Positions 53,540-63,373 of a stretch of DNA of 64,000 bases are shown here, in pieces. Every line of letters begins with the position of its first letter. The first letter of the stretch is position 1. The notes beneath the pieces are model-generated. The model worked only from the letters and a program-made list of their open reading frames with translations. It made no database searches and was not told the DNA's origin. This DNA comes from Actinomycetota bacterium (GTDB lineage: Bacteria > Actinomycetota > AC-67). Both the position numbers and the translations under genes were made by a program. Location: the NCBI GenBank assembly GCA_044866075.1, contig JBIOTQ010000115.1:10607-74606 (forward strand), read 5' to 3'.

Positions 53540-54973
53540 TCAGCGTTCGGCGAACCGGCGGAACAAGCCCTCGGTCCCCGCGAGCCGGCCTTCGAGCTCG
53601 GAGTCGTTCGAGAGCACGATCTGGGTCGGAGGCGTCCCCCAACGCTCCAACTCCTCGTACAGCTCGATCAACGGTGTCGGGTCGTCCGTCCGTGGACGGA
53701 TGTAGACGAAGAACTGGCCCGACGGTTCACCGCCGACGAGCTCGATCTGCCACTGCGCCGCACGCGGCGCCGCGGAGACGGCCGCGAAGCGGAAGTCGAA
53801 CCGCACGGCCCGGCCGTCGAGCTTCACGCGACGCTGCCACGCGCCGCGACGCACGCTCGGCCCGACGCGCGGCACCGTCCGCCCGCAGTTCGGGCACGGC
53901 TGCGTCGTCACGCCGCCGAGCGCGAGGTCGCCCGAGCGCCACCGCGGCACGCCGCCGCCGCGGAACCCGAGCGGCGTGAGCGCGATCTCGCCCGGCGACT
54001 GCTGGCCCATCGGCTCGCCCGTCTCCGGGCTGAGCACCTCGATCACTTCCAGGTCGGGCGACGTGTGGAACCCAAAGGTCTCGGTCTTGCCGGCGGGAAC
54101 CGCGCACTCGGCCCAGAGGATGCGTCCTTCGGCGACACCATAGGCCGCGGCGATGCGCGCCTGCGATGCGTTCGACGCGGCGAGCTCTGCCCCCAGCCGC
54201 TCGCGTTCCGCTCGCGTGAGCGAGCGTCCGACGGCGATCACTACGGCGAGCTCGGACAGATCCACGCCCGCCTCACGCGCCGTCGCCGGAAAGTCGACCA
54301 CTTCCTCCGCGGCGACGGCGACCGCGGTCGGCCGCGCGGACTCGAACGCCCACAGCGCGCGGGCGAGCTCGCCGCCTTCGCGGCGCGAGTGGATCGCGCT
54401 CATCCCGACGCCGTGCGCCATGTAGTAGATGCCCCAGAAGTCGAGCGTCGGTCCGAACGGGATCAGGTTGAGCAACCGGTCGGTGCGTTCGAGACCGACG
54501 AGTTTCGCGGCACGGGCGCCGCCGCGTGCGAACAGGTCGAGGTCGTCGCGGGTGTAGGCGACTGTGATCGGACCGCCGGGCCCGGGCGCGAGATGGATGT
54601 GGATCGGCCGCGAGGCCGCCTCGATCGCGAGCTGTTGGACCTCCTCACCGCCGAAGAGACGCGCGGTCGCGACGCGGTACAGGACGCTGCGGTCGCTGAA
54701 GCGGCGGACGCCTTCCGAGGTTCCTTGGAGGATCAACCCCTGCGCGCCGTCCGGATTCCGGACCTGATCGAGGACCTCGACGCGCGTTGCCGGCGGGATC
54801 TGAGCGAGCTCGTCCAGTCCCTTGATCCGGCGGGCGTCGATGCCGGCCGCTTCCAGGCGCGCGCGCGCCGTCGGCACGTGACCGAGCTGCATCTGGAGCA
54901 GCGTCTGACGCACGAGCTGATCCTGGATGCGCCGGTTCTCGCTGGGTGAACGGTGGTCCCACGGGCGCGCCAC
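53540..54973 (-). CDS. phenylacetate-CoA ligase-like / F390-synthetase-like adenylate-forming enzyme
   Basis: PaaK-family architecture (N-terminal adenylation lobe, C-terminal ...CPNCGRTVPRV... region). I could not verify the AMP-binding motifs by alignment. Confidence 0.55.
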   Translation of the reverse strand: MARPWDHRSPSENRRIQDQLVRQTLLQMQLGHVPTARARLEAAGIDARRIKGLDELAQIPPATRVEVLDQVRNPDGAQGLILQGTSEGVRRFSDRSVLYRVATARLFGGEEVQQLAIEAASRPIHIHLAPGPGGPITVAYTRDDLDLFARGGARAAKLVGLERTDRLLNLIPFGPTLDFWGIYYMAHGVGMSAIHSRREGGELARALWAFESARPTAVAVAAEEVVDFPATAREAGVDLSELAVVIAVGRSLTRAERERLGAELAASNASQARIAAAYGVAEGRILWAECAVPAGKTETFGFHTSPDLEVIEVLSPETGEPMGQQSPGEIALTPLGFRGGGVPRWRSGDLALGGVTTQPCPNCGRTVPRVGPSVRRGAWQRRVKLDGRAVRFDFRFAAVSAAPRAAQWQIELVGGEPSGQFFVYIRPRTDDPTPLIELYEELERWGTPPTQIVLSNDSELEGRLAGTEGLFRRFAER

Positions 54974-55060
54974 GGCGCCGATTATACGAGCCCGCGGGTG
55001 GGGCGCCCGACGCTTCGCGCGATGGCCGTCCGCAGCCGAGCACGGCTACGATGCGCCGCC

Positions 55061-55801
55061 ATGACCGACGAGACCAACTCCGACGTCCTCAAGCTCACCG
55101 GCGAGCGGACTCTGCCCGGCATCCCCGAGGAGAACTACTGGTTCCAGCGGCACGTCGCCGCGTACGACTACGCCGCGTCGCTCGTCCGCGGACTGGAGGT
55201 CCTCGACGCCGGCGTCGGGGAGGGGTACGGCGCGGCGATCCTCGCGCGCGCCAGCGCGACAGTCGTGGGTGTCGACCTCGAAGCGGAGGTCGTCGAGCAC
55301 GCGTCCGCGCGGTATCCGGAGGTGCGTTTCGAGCGCGCCGATCTGCTCGAGCTTCCGTGGCCCGACGGGAGCTTCGACGCGGTCGTGTCCCTTCAGGTCA
55401 TCGAGCACCTGCAGCGGCCGCGCGAGTTCGTGTCCGAGGTCGCGCGCGTCCTGCGTCCCGGCGGGCGGCTGATCCTGTCGACCCCGAACCGGCTCACCTT
55501 CTCGCCGGACGGCATCCGCAATCCGTTCCACACCGTGGAGTTCGCGCCGGCGGAGCTGCGCGCGTTGCTCGAGACCGCGCTCACCGTCGAACGGCTGGCC
55601 GGGACGTTTCACGGGCCGCGCATCGCGCTCGGCGAGCGACTCGCGCGCGGCTCGTTCCCGGAACGGCTCATCACGACTCCCGTTCCCGAGTGGCCGCCGC
55701 GGCTGCGCCGCGCGGTCGCGCGCGTCACGCCGCGCGACTTCCGCATCCGCCACGCGCACGTCGAACGATCGCTGGATCTCGTCGCGGTCGCGCGGCGGTA
55801 A
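55061..55801 (+). CDS. class I SAM-dependent methyltransferase (MGLP-cluster type, cf. mycobacterial Rv3030)
   Basis: VLDAGVGEGYGAAILA SAM motif and a Methyltransf_11 core. Alternative ATG at 55022. Confidence 0.7.
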   Translation: MTDETNSDVLKLTGERTLPGIPEENYWFQRHVAAYDYAASLVRGLEVLDAGVGEGYGAAILARASATVVGVDLEAEVVEHASARYPEVRFERADLLELPWPDGSFDAVVSLQVIEHLQRPREFVSEVARVLRPGGRLILSTPNRLTFSPDGIRNPFHTVEFAPAELRALLETALTVERLAGTFHGPRIALGERLARGSFPERLITTPVPEWPPRLRRAVARVTPRDFRIRHAHVERSLDLVAVARR

Positions 55802-55805
55802 CGCG

Positions 55806-57344
55806 GTGGGCATCTTCGCTCTCGTCCTCCACACGCATCTGCCGTACGTCCGGCGCAACGGCGTCTGGCCGTCGGGCGAGGACTTCTTCCATCAAGCGGC
55901 CACCGAAAGCTACCTTCCGCTGCTCGAGACCTTCGAGCGGCTCGCCGGGAACCCGCGCTTGCGCGAGCCGTTCGCGACCGTCGGCATCACACCGCTGATC
56001 GCACACCAGATGCAGGACCCCTACATGCTACGCGAGCTGTCGCTCTACCTCGGCCGGCACGACCTGCGCGCGTGGTGGCAGGTCGCCAACTACGACGGCG
56101 TGTATGCCGAGGAGTTTAAGGACATCGCGGCGTTCTACGCGCGCTTCGCGCGCCGGCAGCTTGCGCGACTGGACGCGCTGCCGGGAGGCATGGCGCAGGC
56201 ATTCGGCGCGCTCGAGCGCGCGGGCTCGATCGAGATCATCGGAGGGCCGGCGTCGCACCCCGTCCTGCCCGAGATCGGCGAACCGTCGGTCCTGCGCGCG
56301 CAAGTGATGCACGGCGTCGCCGAGCATGAGCGGCTCTTCGGCCGCAAACCCAGCGGGATGTGGCTGCCGGAATGCGCGTACCGGCCCGGCGCCGGGATCG
56401 AGGAGACACTCGCCGGCGCAGGCGTCTCCCACATCGTCGTCGACGGGCCGACGATGATCCGCTCCGACGGCAAGGACGCCACCTTCCGCCCGCGGTCGAT
56501 CCGGGACGCGGGCGTGGCCGTGTTCGGCCGGAACCTCGACGTCACGTACCGCGTGTGGTCTCCGACCGGCGGCTACCCCACGAACAAGTGGTACCGCGAG
56601 TACTTCGCGTACGACATGACCGCCGGTTTCAAGGACTGGCGAGTTACGTCGATCCACACGCCGATCGCCGGCAAGAAGCCGTACGAGCCGGACCGCGCGA
56701 CCGAGCGCGCGCACAAGGACGCAGAGGATTTCGTCGCACAACTCGACGGATGGCTAACCCAGTACGAGGACCGCACCGGCGAGGAGGGCGTCGTCGTCGC
56801 CTGCTACGACACCGAGCTCTTCGGCCACTGGTGGTTCGAAGGTCCCGCCTGGCTCGAGCGCGTCTACGAGCTGCTCGCCGGCCACCCGCGGATCCGTCCG
56901 CTGTCGCTCGCGAAGGCGCTCGAACGCCTGCCGGCGCAGCGCGCCGTCGAGCTGGCCGAGGGCTCGTGGGGTTTCCGCAAGGACCTGCGGTCCTGGATCG
57001 CGCCCGAGACGGAAGAGATGTGGCGCGCGCTCGCCGAGACCGAGGCCGAGACGGTTCGCCTCGCGCGCAAGTGGACCGCGCCGTCGCCCGCGCAAGAGAC
57101 CGCCCTAGCGCAGCTCGCGCGCGAGCTGTTCCTCCTGCAGTCGAGCGACTGGCCGTTCATGGTCCTCCGCGGCCGGAACCCGCAGTACGCGTCCGAGCGT
57201 TTTTACGGACATCGCGACCGCTGGCAGCGGCTCGCCGACGCGCTGCTGCGCCGGATGCCGGATGCGTCGCTCGAACGGCTGGCGGGCGAGCTCTACGACG
57301 TCGACAACGCGTTCCCCAACCTGCGCGCGAGCGACCTCGCGTAG
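55806..57344 (+). CDS. glycoside hydrolase family 57 alpha-1,4-glucan branching enzyme-like protein (GH57 + DUF1957)
   Basis: GIFALVLHTHLPYV catalytic-site signature of GH57. GTG start 5 nt after the upstream TAA. Confidence 0.85.
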   Translation: MGIFALVLHTHLPYVRRNGVWPSGEDFFHQAATESYLPLLETFERLAGNPRLREPFATVGITPLIAHQMQDPYMLRELSLYLGRHDLRAWWQVANYDGVYAEEFKDIAAFYARFARRQLARLDALPGGMAQAFGALERAGSIEIIGGPASHPVLPEIGEPSVLRAQVMHGVAEHERLFGRKPSGMWLPECAYRPGAGIEETLAGAGVSHIVVDGPTMIRSDGKDATFRPRSIRDAGVAVFGRNLDVTYRVWSPTGGYPTNKWYREYFAYDMTAGFKDWRVTSIHTPIAGKKPYEPDRATERAHKDAEDFVAQLDGWLTQYEDRTGEEGVVVACYDTELFGHWWFEGPAWLERVYELLAGHPRIRPLSLAKALERLPAQRAVELAEGSWGFRKDLRSWIAPETEEMWRALAETEAETVRLARKWTAPSPAQETALAQLARELFLLQSSDWPFMVLRGRNPQYASERFYGHRDRWQRLADALLRRMPDASLERLAGELYDVDNAFPNLRASDLA

Positions 57345-57351
57345 ACCGAGC

Positions 57352-58179
57352 TCAGCTTCGGAGCGATCGCTCCTCGTAGGCCAGCGGCCAGGGGTTCGGT
57401 TTGCAGGTCTTGCCGTCGGTCGACAGGCCTTTCGACTGCTGCATCATCACCGGCGCCCAGGCGCCGTCCCGCGGGCAGTACCGGTGATGTTGCCCGAGCG
57501 TGTGGCCCACCTCGTGGTTGACGAGCATCTGCCGGTACACGGCCACCGGGCCCGGCCAGAACTTGGATCCGTGGAACCAGCGGTCCGAGTTGAGGACGAC
57601 CTCACCGGAGCCGGCGCACGAGTAGTAGAAGTTCACCGATAGCCCGATCAGCTGCTTGCAGCGCTTCTCGCTCGAGGCAGGCGTGCGCAGCCCGATCAGG
57701 AGCGCCCCCTTCGGGTCGTAGCGGAAGCGAACCTTGCCGCTTCCGATCCACGACCGCTCGTCGCAGAGGACGGACAGGATCCCCTGCACGAACCGGCTCG
57801 GAGTGGTCGCCAAGCCTGGCTCGATCATCACGCGGAAGCGAACCAGCCGCGCGTCCGGGCGGCCGCAGGTCGAGCTCGTCTGCGCCGGGCCCTTCAGCGT
57901 TGCGCGCGGCACGGCGGACGAGGGGAGACGCGGCGCCACCGCGGACAAAGACGTGCTCGCGCTCGGCGTCGCACTCGCGATCTCCGACGGGGTCTCGCTT
58001 GCCGACGCGCTCGCCGATCCGCTCGAGCTCGGCTTGATCTCGTCGACCAATCCGGCTCCCGCGCCGCCGGCGAAGCCGATGAGGAGACCGAGGATCGATC
58101 CGATCAGGGCCGGCTTCCAGGCGTGAACGAACTTGCTCAGGCGTTCCCCCAAATGAGTTCTGACGGTCGGGCCGCGCAC
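57352..58179 (-). CDS. membrane-anchored HExxH putative zinc metallopeptidase (DUF3152-like)
   Basis: GTG start. N-terminal TM helix, Ser/Ala-rich linker, HEVGHTLGQHH motif. Confidence 0.5.
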   Translation of the reverse strand: MRGPTVRTHLGERLSKFVHAWKPALIGSILGLLIGFAGGAGAGLVDEIKPSSSGSASASASETPSEIASATPSASTSLSAVAPRLPSSAVPRATLKGPAQTSSTCGRPDARLVRFRVMIEPGLATTPSRFVQGILSVLCDERSWIGSGKVRFRYDPKGALLIGLRTPASSEKRCKQLIGLSVNFYYSCAGSGEVVLNSDRWFHGSKFWPGPVAVYRQMLVNHEVGHTLGQHHRYCPRDGAWAPVMMQQSKGLSTDGKTCKPNPWPLAYEERSLRS

Positions 58180-58274
58180 AGGATACGGGGCGAAGCGTGG
58201 CCGAGCGAACCGGTCCGAATTGCTCCGCGATACACCGGCGTGAAAGGATTCCGCAACTTCAGGGGGCTGGTCGA

Positions 58275-59555
58275 TTGCGGATCCTCATACTTTCGTGGGA
58301 GTACCCGCCGCGTATCGTCGGTGGCCTGGGAAAACACGTCCACCGGCTGTCGCTTGCCCTCGCCGACGCCGGACACACCGTCCACGTCGTCACGCGCGAG
58401 CACCCCGACGCGCCGTCCGAGGAAGACGCCGACGGCGTCCACGTGATCCGGGTCGGTGAGTATCCGCCCGTCATCGAGTTCCACGAGCTGGTGCCGTGGG
58501 TCTTGCAGTTCAACGTCGGGGTCCTCGAGCGCGCGACGAAGCTGCTCCTCGACGAGGAGGTCGACCTCATCCACGCACACGACTGGCTCGTCGGATACGC
58601 GGCCGCCGGGCTCAAGAACCTCTTCGACCTGCCGCTCGTGTCGACCATCCACGCGACCGAATACGGCCGGCATCAGGGCTATCTGCCGGGCCCGATGAAC
58701 AAGCTCATCCACCAGATCGAGTGGTGGCTCACGTACGAATCTCGTCGCACGATCACCTGCTCGCGCTACATGCACGATCAGGTTCGCAAGATCTTCGACC
58801 ACCCGGCGGCCAAGATGGACGTCATCTCGAACGGCGTCGACCTTGACGCCGTGTCCGCGCCGCCGGGGATCGAGGAGTTCCGGACGAAGACGCTCGGACT
58901 CGACCCCGAGGAGAAGCTGATCGTCTTCGCCGGCCGCCTCGAGTACGAGAAAGGTGTGCAGACCGTCCTCGACGCCCTTCCCCACGTCTTGAAGAAGGTG
59001 CCCGTTCGGTTCATCGTCGCCGGCGTCGGGACCCACGAGGACGAGCTCCGCGCGCACGCGTTGCGCGACGGGTTGGACGGCGAGGTCGAGTTCCTGGGGT
59101 TCGTGCCCGAGGAGGAGCTGAAGATGTATTACGCGGCGGCCGATCTCGCGGTGGTGCCGTCGCTGTACGAGCCGTTCGGGATGGTCGCTCTCGAGACGAT
59201 GGCGGCCGGGACACCGTGCATCGCCGCCGACACCGGCGGCCTGCGCGAGCTCGTCGTACACGACGCGACGGGGCTCCGTTTCTCGCCCGGCGATCCGGCC
59301 TCGCTGGCCGACGCGATCCTTCGTCTCCTCACGGACAAGCGTCTCGACCGCCGGCTCACGCTCGACGCGCGCCGGTGGCTGAACGACGGCTTCTCGTGGT
59401 CCTCGATCGCCGACCGCACGGTGGAGGTCTACGAGCGCGCGATCCGCGAGGAGCGCGAGCTCCGTCGCACCCAGCGCCGGGACGAGCGCCCGCCGCTCCG
59501 GGCGATCCTGCGCCGGTCCGATCTGCTGGGCCTGGCCGGCGAACCGGCAGGCTAG
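58275..59555 (+). CDS. GT4-family glycosyltransferase (alpha-1,4-glucosyltransferase type, cf. Rv3032)
   Basis: TTG start after GGGGG, giving MRILILSWEYPPRIVGGLGKHV... (glycogen-synthase-like N-terminus) and the C-terminal E-x7-E region. The annotated start at 58197 is an extension. Confidence 0.85.
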   Translation: MRILILSWEYPPRIVGGLGKHVHRLSLALADAGHTVHVVTREHPDAPSEEDADGVHVIRVGEYPPVIEFHELVPWVLQFNVGVLERATKLLLDEEVDLIHAHDWLVGYAAAGLKNLFDLPLVSTIHATEYGRHQGYLPGPMNKLIHQIEWWLTYESRRTITCSRYMHDQVRKIFDHPAAKMDVISNGVDLDAVSAPPGIEEFRTKTLGLDPEEKLIVFAGRLEYEKGVQTVLDALPHVLKKVPVRFIVAGVGTHEDELRAHALRDGLDGEVEFLGFVPEEELKMYYAAADLAVVPSLYEPFGMVALETMAAGTPCIAADTGGLRELVVHDATGLRFSPGDPASLADAILRLLTDKRLDRRLTLDARRWLNDGFSWSSIADRTVEVYERAIREERELRRTQRRDERPPLRAILRRSDLLGLAGEPAG

Positions 59556-59623
59556 ACCCCCGTCGGCCGGTCGGGACTCCCGGCTCCTACAGTTCCGGGC
59601 GATCCGGGGCGACAATCCTAGGG

Positions 59624-59782
59624 ATGATCGGTCTCCTCGCAGGCATCTGCATCAAGGGCGACAACAACGTCTGCCCGCCCGGCAGCTACATGATCAAGGG
59701 CGAGTACCTTCTCATCGGGGCCTTCGTGTTCATCGCGATCGTCGGCCTGCTCTGGCTCGGCAGGCGCAGCCGCCGTCCGTGA
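59624..59782 (+). CDS. possible small membrane peptide (52 aa)
   Basis: MIGLLAGICIKGDNNVCPPGSYMIKGEYLLIGAFVFIAIVGLLWLGRRSRRP has two hydrophobic segments. Weak RBS. Confidence 0.25.
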   Translation: MIGLLAGICIKGDNNVCPPGSYMIKGEYLLIGAFVFIAIVGLLWLGRRSRRP

Positions 59783-59783
59783 G

Positions 59784-60536
59784 CTACGTCCCGCGCTGAA
59801 CCGCCGCTCCGCGCGTCTTCAGCACACGCCCCGGCACACCGCCCACGATCGAAAGCGGGGGCACGTCTCGGTTCACGAGCGCGTGCGACGCGATCACAGA
59901 TCCCTCACCGATCGTGACACCGCGCAGGACGGTCGACTTCTCGCCGATCCAGCAGTCGCGCCCGATCTTCACCGGCGACTTCACGATGCCTTGTTTCTTG
60001 ATCGTCATGGTGAGGTCGTCGAACTTGTGGTCGAAGTCGCAGACGTAGATCCAGTCCGCGAAGATGCAGTCGTCACCGATCTCGACGTCGAGGTAACAGT
60101 TGATCGTGTTCTTCGCGCCGAACACGACCTTGTTGCCGATGCGCAGGTTCCCCTCGTGGCAGCGGATCGCGTTGCCCTTGCCGATCCAGCACCAGCGACC
60201 GATGGTCATCCGCGCGTAGCCGCGGCGCGCGTACAGCTCGACCTTCGGGCCCAGGAAGATGAACCCCTCGGTCTTGATGTGCGGGTGCGTGATCTTGAAC
60301 TTCAGGAAGCGCAGCCCGAGCACCCAGTAGCGCCACGTGTAGAGCCGGTGAGAGACGATGAAACGGATCGTGCGGCCGACGCGCTTCCAGAACGACCTGG
60401 GGATCGGTGGCGGGGGCGGGATCGGCGCCAGCCGCGCGCCGGGCTCTATGACCTCGGCGGCCTCGGGAACGACCGGCTTCGGGTCGGGCGCGATCGCCGG
60501 CGGCTCGTCCGCCCTAGTGCGCGGGCTTCTCGGCAT
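59784..60536 (-). CDS. hexapeptide-repeat (LbH) acyl/acetyltransferase (cf. Rv3034c)
   Basis: Left-handed beta-helix repeats (IGDDCIFADWIYV...IGRDCWIGEKSTVLRGVTIGEGSVIASHALV). Start uncertain: ATG 60536 overlaps the upstream methyltransferase end by 23 nt. Confidence 0.7.
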   Translation of the reverse strand: MPRSPRTRADEPPAIAPDPKPVVPEAAEVIEPGARLAPIPPPPPIPRSFWKRVGRTIRFIVSHRLYTWRYWVLGLRFLKFKITHPHIKTEGFIFLGPKVELYARRGYARMTIGRWCWIGKGNAIRCHEGNLRIGNKVVFGAKNTINCYLDVEIGDDCIFADWIYVCDFDHKFDDLTMTIKKQGIVKSPVKIGRDCWIGEKSTVLRGVTIGEGSVIASHALVNRDVPPLSIVGGVPGRVLKTRGAAVQRGT

Positions 60537-61488
60537 GGAACAGAAGGTTGTAGAAGAGCGGCGGCGGCACGAGCCGGCGCGTGATGGCGTCGTCGAGCCG
60601 GTACAGGCGCAGGTAGTTGCGGTAGGCCCACCAGGCCCACTTCTCGCCAAGCACGCCGGGCGCCGCCAGCGCTTCGACGGTCCGGACGCTCCAGCCGAAG
60701 AACCCCGACACGAATTCCTCGGTCCGGATCATGATCGGATCGAACCCCGCGTCGCGCAGCCAGCCGCGGACCATGTGCGGGTGGAACTCGTGCAGGTCGA
60801 CGTGGCGCTCGAGCGCGGCGGCGGGATCGGGGTCCTTGCGGATATCGCCTTCGCGGACCAGGCCGGGACGCACGAGGCCGACCGCCTTGTACGCGTTCGC
60901 CGTCGCGCGCCGCGCGAGCTTGTTGACCGCGTGCCCTATGCGCGTCGGCTCCCCCGCGATGACGAGCGCGCCGCCCGGCTTGAGGACGCGGTAGCACTCC
61001 GCGAGCGACGCGGGAACGTTGGGCAGGTGGTGCAGCACGGCGTGCCCGACGACGAGGTCGAACGACCCCGTCTTATAGGGAAGGTTCTCCGCGTCGGCGG
61101 CGCGACCCTCGATGTTCTTCAGTCCGACGTTCCGCGCGTTGCGTTTGCAGACCTCGATCATGCCCGGCGAGATGTCCGTCGCGAACGCCTGCCGCACGAG
61201 CCCGGCCTGCCACAGGTTCACGATGAAGAATCCCGTGCCGCAACCGATCTCGAGCACCTTGCCGTACTTCCGGACCGGGGCAACCTTGGCGAACTTCTCC
61301 TTCGCGTACGAGATGCAGCGCTCGTCGAACGAGATCGACCACTTGTCGTCGTACTGAGCGGCTTCCCAGTCGTGATAGATGATGTTGCGCGTCTTCGCGT
61401 CGATCTCGCCCGGATCGTAAACGGGTCCGGCGCCCGGGTCGGGCACAGCGTGCAGCCGCGCGCGGGCGCCCTCCTCGATTGTCGTCAT
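60514..61488 (-). CDS. class I SAM-dependent methyltransferase (cf. Rv3037c/Rv3038c)
   Basis: VLEIGCGTGFFIVNL SAM motif. Confidence 0.75.
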   Translation of the reverse strand: MTTIEEGARARLHAVPDPGAGPVYDPGEIDAKTRNIIYHDWEAAQYDDKWSISFDERCISYAKEKFAKVAPVRKYGKVLEIGCGTGFFIVNLWQAGLVRQAFATDISPGMIEVCKRNARNVGLKNIEGRAADAENLPYKTGSFDLVVGHAVLHHLPNVPASLAECYRVLKPGGALVIAGEPTRIGHAVNKLARRATANAYKAVGLVRPGLVREGDIRKDPDPAAALERHVDLHEFHPHMVRGWLRDAGFDPIMIRTEEFVSGFFGWSVRTVEALAAPGVLGEKWAWWAYRNYLRLYRLDDAITRRLVPPPLFYNLLFHAEKPAH

Positions 61489-61532
61489 GGGGTCCTCACG
61501 ATACCCGCGCCCCGACCGGCGCTCGAAATCGG

Positions 61533-62318
61533 TCAGCGCCCGGTGAACTCGGCCTTCCCCGGACCTTGCTCGATGAAGGACGTCATCCCGATCTTCTGGT
61601 CCTCGGTGGCGAAGAGATTCACGAACAGCTCGCGCTCGATCAGCATCCCGTTCTGGAGGTCGGTCTGCAGGCCGCGGTTGATCGCGATCTTTGCGGCCCG
61701 CAGCGCCACCGTGGGGCCTTTCGCGTAGCGCGACGCGATCTCGACCGCTTTCGCGTACACCTGGTCCTGGGGGACGACGACGTCGGTGAGGCCGATCGCG
61801 AGCGCCTCGTTACAGTCGAGGAAGCGGCCCGAGAGGATGATGTCCTTCGCGCGCGCCGGACCGACGAGCCGCGGCAGGCGTTGCGTGCCGCCCGCGCCGG
61901 GGATGATGCCGAGGAGGATCTCCGGCTGGCCGATCTTCGCGTTGTCGGCCATCACGCGAAAGTCGCAGGCGAGCGAGAGCTCGCAGCCGCCGCCGAGCGC
62001 GAACCCGGTGATCGCAGCTATGACGACCTTGGGGATCTCCTCGACCTGGCTGAAGACGGCCTGCAGGCCGCCCATGCGCGCCATCATGTCCATCGGCGAT
62101 GCCTCGGCCATCTCTTTGATGTCGGCGCCCGCCGCGAAGATCTTGTCGCCGCCGAACACGATGACGGCTCGGACGGCGTCGTCTGTCGAGGCCGCGCGGG
62201 CGGCGACCTCGAGCTCCTCGACGACCTGTGTGTTGATCGCGTTCATCGGCGGGCGGTCGAGGCGGATCGTGCCGACGCCGGTGTCCTTGTCGATCTCCAG
62301 GTTGACGAACTCGCCCAT
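61533..62318 (-). CDS. enoyl-CoA hydratase/isomerase (crotonase family)
   Basis: ...VIVFGGDKIFAAGADIKEM...ITGFALGGGCELSLACD... crotonase signature. Confidence 0.85.
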   Translation of the reverse strand: MGEFVNLEIDKDTGVGTIRLDRPPMNAINTQVVEELEVAARAASTDDAVRAVIVFGGDKIFAAGADIKEMAEASPMDMMARMGGLQAVFSQVEEIPKVVIAAITGFALGGGCELSLACDFRVMADNAKIGQPEILLGIIPGAGGTQRLPRLVGPARAKDIILSGRFLDCNEALAIGLTDVVVPQDQVYAKAVEIASRYAKGPTVALRAAKIAINRGLQTDLQNGMLIERELFVNLFATEDQKIGMTSFIEQGPGKAEFTGR

Positions 62319-62348
62319 GCCGCTCTCCCCTAACGAAGGCGCCGCATC

Positions 62349-62834
62349 CTATCGTGCGGCGAGCCAGCTCTCGAAAGATGACTTGAGATCCTCGCCGCCG
62401 CGCGGCGGTTCCTTCTCGGCGAGCCAGGACTTCCTCTTGGCGTCGTCGTCGAGCACGACCCACTCGTAGCCGTAGGTGCGCGGCCCCGCCCAGAACGGCG
62501 CCGGCAGCCACCGCTCTTGCCTCAACTCGGCGACCGCCGCGTAGCCGACGCGGGGACGTCCCTGCCAGAAGTCCTCGACGTCGTGAAGGGGCGAGTCCTC
62601 AGTGCGCCGGCGGATCTCGTCGATGCGCGAGTACTCGCCGATCCAGCAGATCTTAACCACGGCGCGTGCGACGAACAGACCACCGTGCAACTGAACGTGA
62701 ACGATGTCCGGCTCGAACGCTCCGGCCTTGTGCGCGGGACCCTTTCGGTCGCGCGTCTCGACGGCGTAGGAGAGGCGCGGTGAGGACGCGGAACCGGTGA
62801 GATGCTCGAGCCGGCGGATGAGGACGTGATCCAT
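62349..62834 (-). CDS. hypothetical protein
   Basis: Start taken at MDHVLIRRLEHL. No domain recognised. Confidence 0.35.
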   Translation of the reverse strand: MDHVLIRRLEHLTGSASSPRLSYAVETRDRKGPAHKAGAFEPDIVHVQLHGGLFVARAVVKICWIGEYSRIDEIRRRTEDSPLHDVEDFWQGRPRVGYAAVAELRQERWLPAPFWAGPRTYGYEWVVLDDDAKRKSWLAEKEPPRGGEDLKSSFESWLAAR

Positions 62835-62902
62835 GAGTCCGGCTCCCGATAGTACCAATCGCGTCTCGGCTAGGATTGCGCGCCGTGAAGCTTCCGGGAC
62901 GC

Positions 62903-63373
62903 ATGGGACATCGTCGCGCGGTCGCGCAGGCGGGCGACCGTCGCCGCGCCGGCGATGCCGCCGGCGCGGTCGATCTCCTCGCGCCGGTGCTGCTGGCGGA
63001 CGAGGAGAACGCCGCCGCGAACGTCGAGATGGCGCGGGCTCTTCACGTGCTCGGCGACCTCGACGGCGCGGAGGAGCACTACCGTCGCGCCCTTCGCGCT
63101 GAGCTCGACTATCGCCTGGTCGTCGAGCTGGCCGGCGTTGTCGGTTCGGCCGGGCGCGTGCGCGAGGCGGAGGAGCTGCTCGGCGCGGCGCTGCAGATGA
63201 CCGAAGCGGTCGACGGGCTCGACCCGGGCGAAGCCCTGCTGGTGAGCGCGACGCTGGCGGCCGGTCAGGGGCGCAACGACGACGCGCGCGCGATCCTGGA
63301 CGAGATCGACGCCGGGGGCTCCGGCCAGGACGTCCGCGAGTACGCGCGACGCCTGCGCGAGAAGCTCCGCTAA
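62903..63373 (+). CDS. TPR-like repeat protein (hypothetical)
   Basis: Ala/Leu-rich helical repeats (…MARALHVLGDLDGAEEHYRRAL…). Start uncertain. Confidence 0.35.
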   Translation: MGHRRAVAQAGDRRRAGDAAGAVDLLAPVLLADEENAAANVEMARALHVLGDLDGAEEHYRRALRAELDYRLVVELAGVVGSAGRVREAEELLGAALQMTEAVDGLDPGEALLVSATLAAGQGRNDDARAILDEIDAGGSGQDVREYARRLREKLR

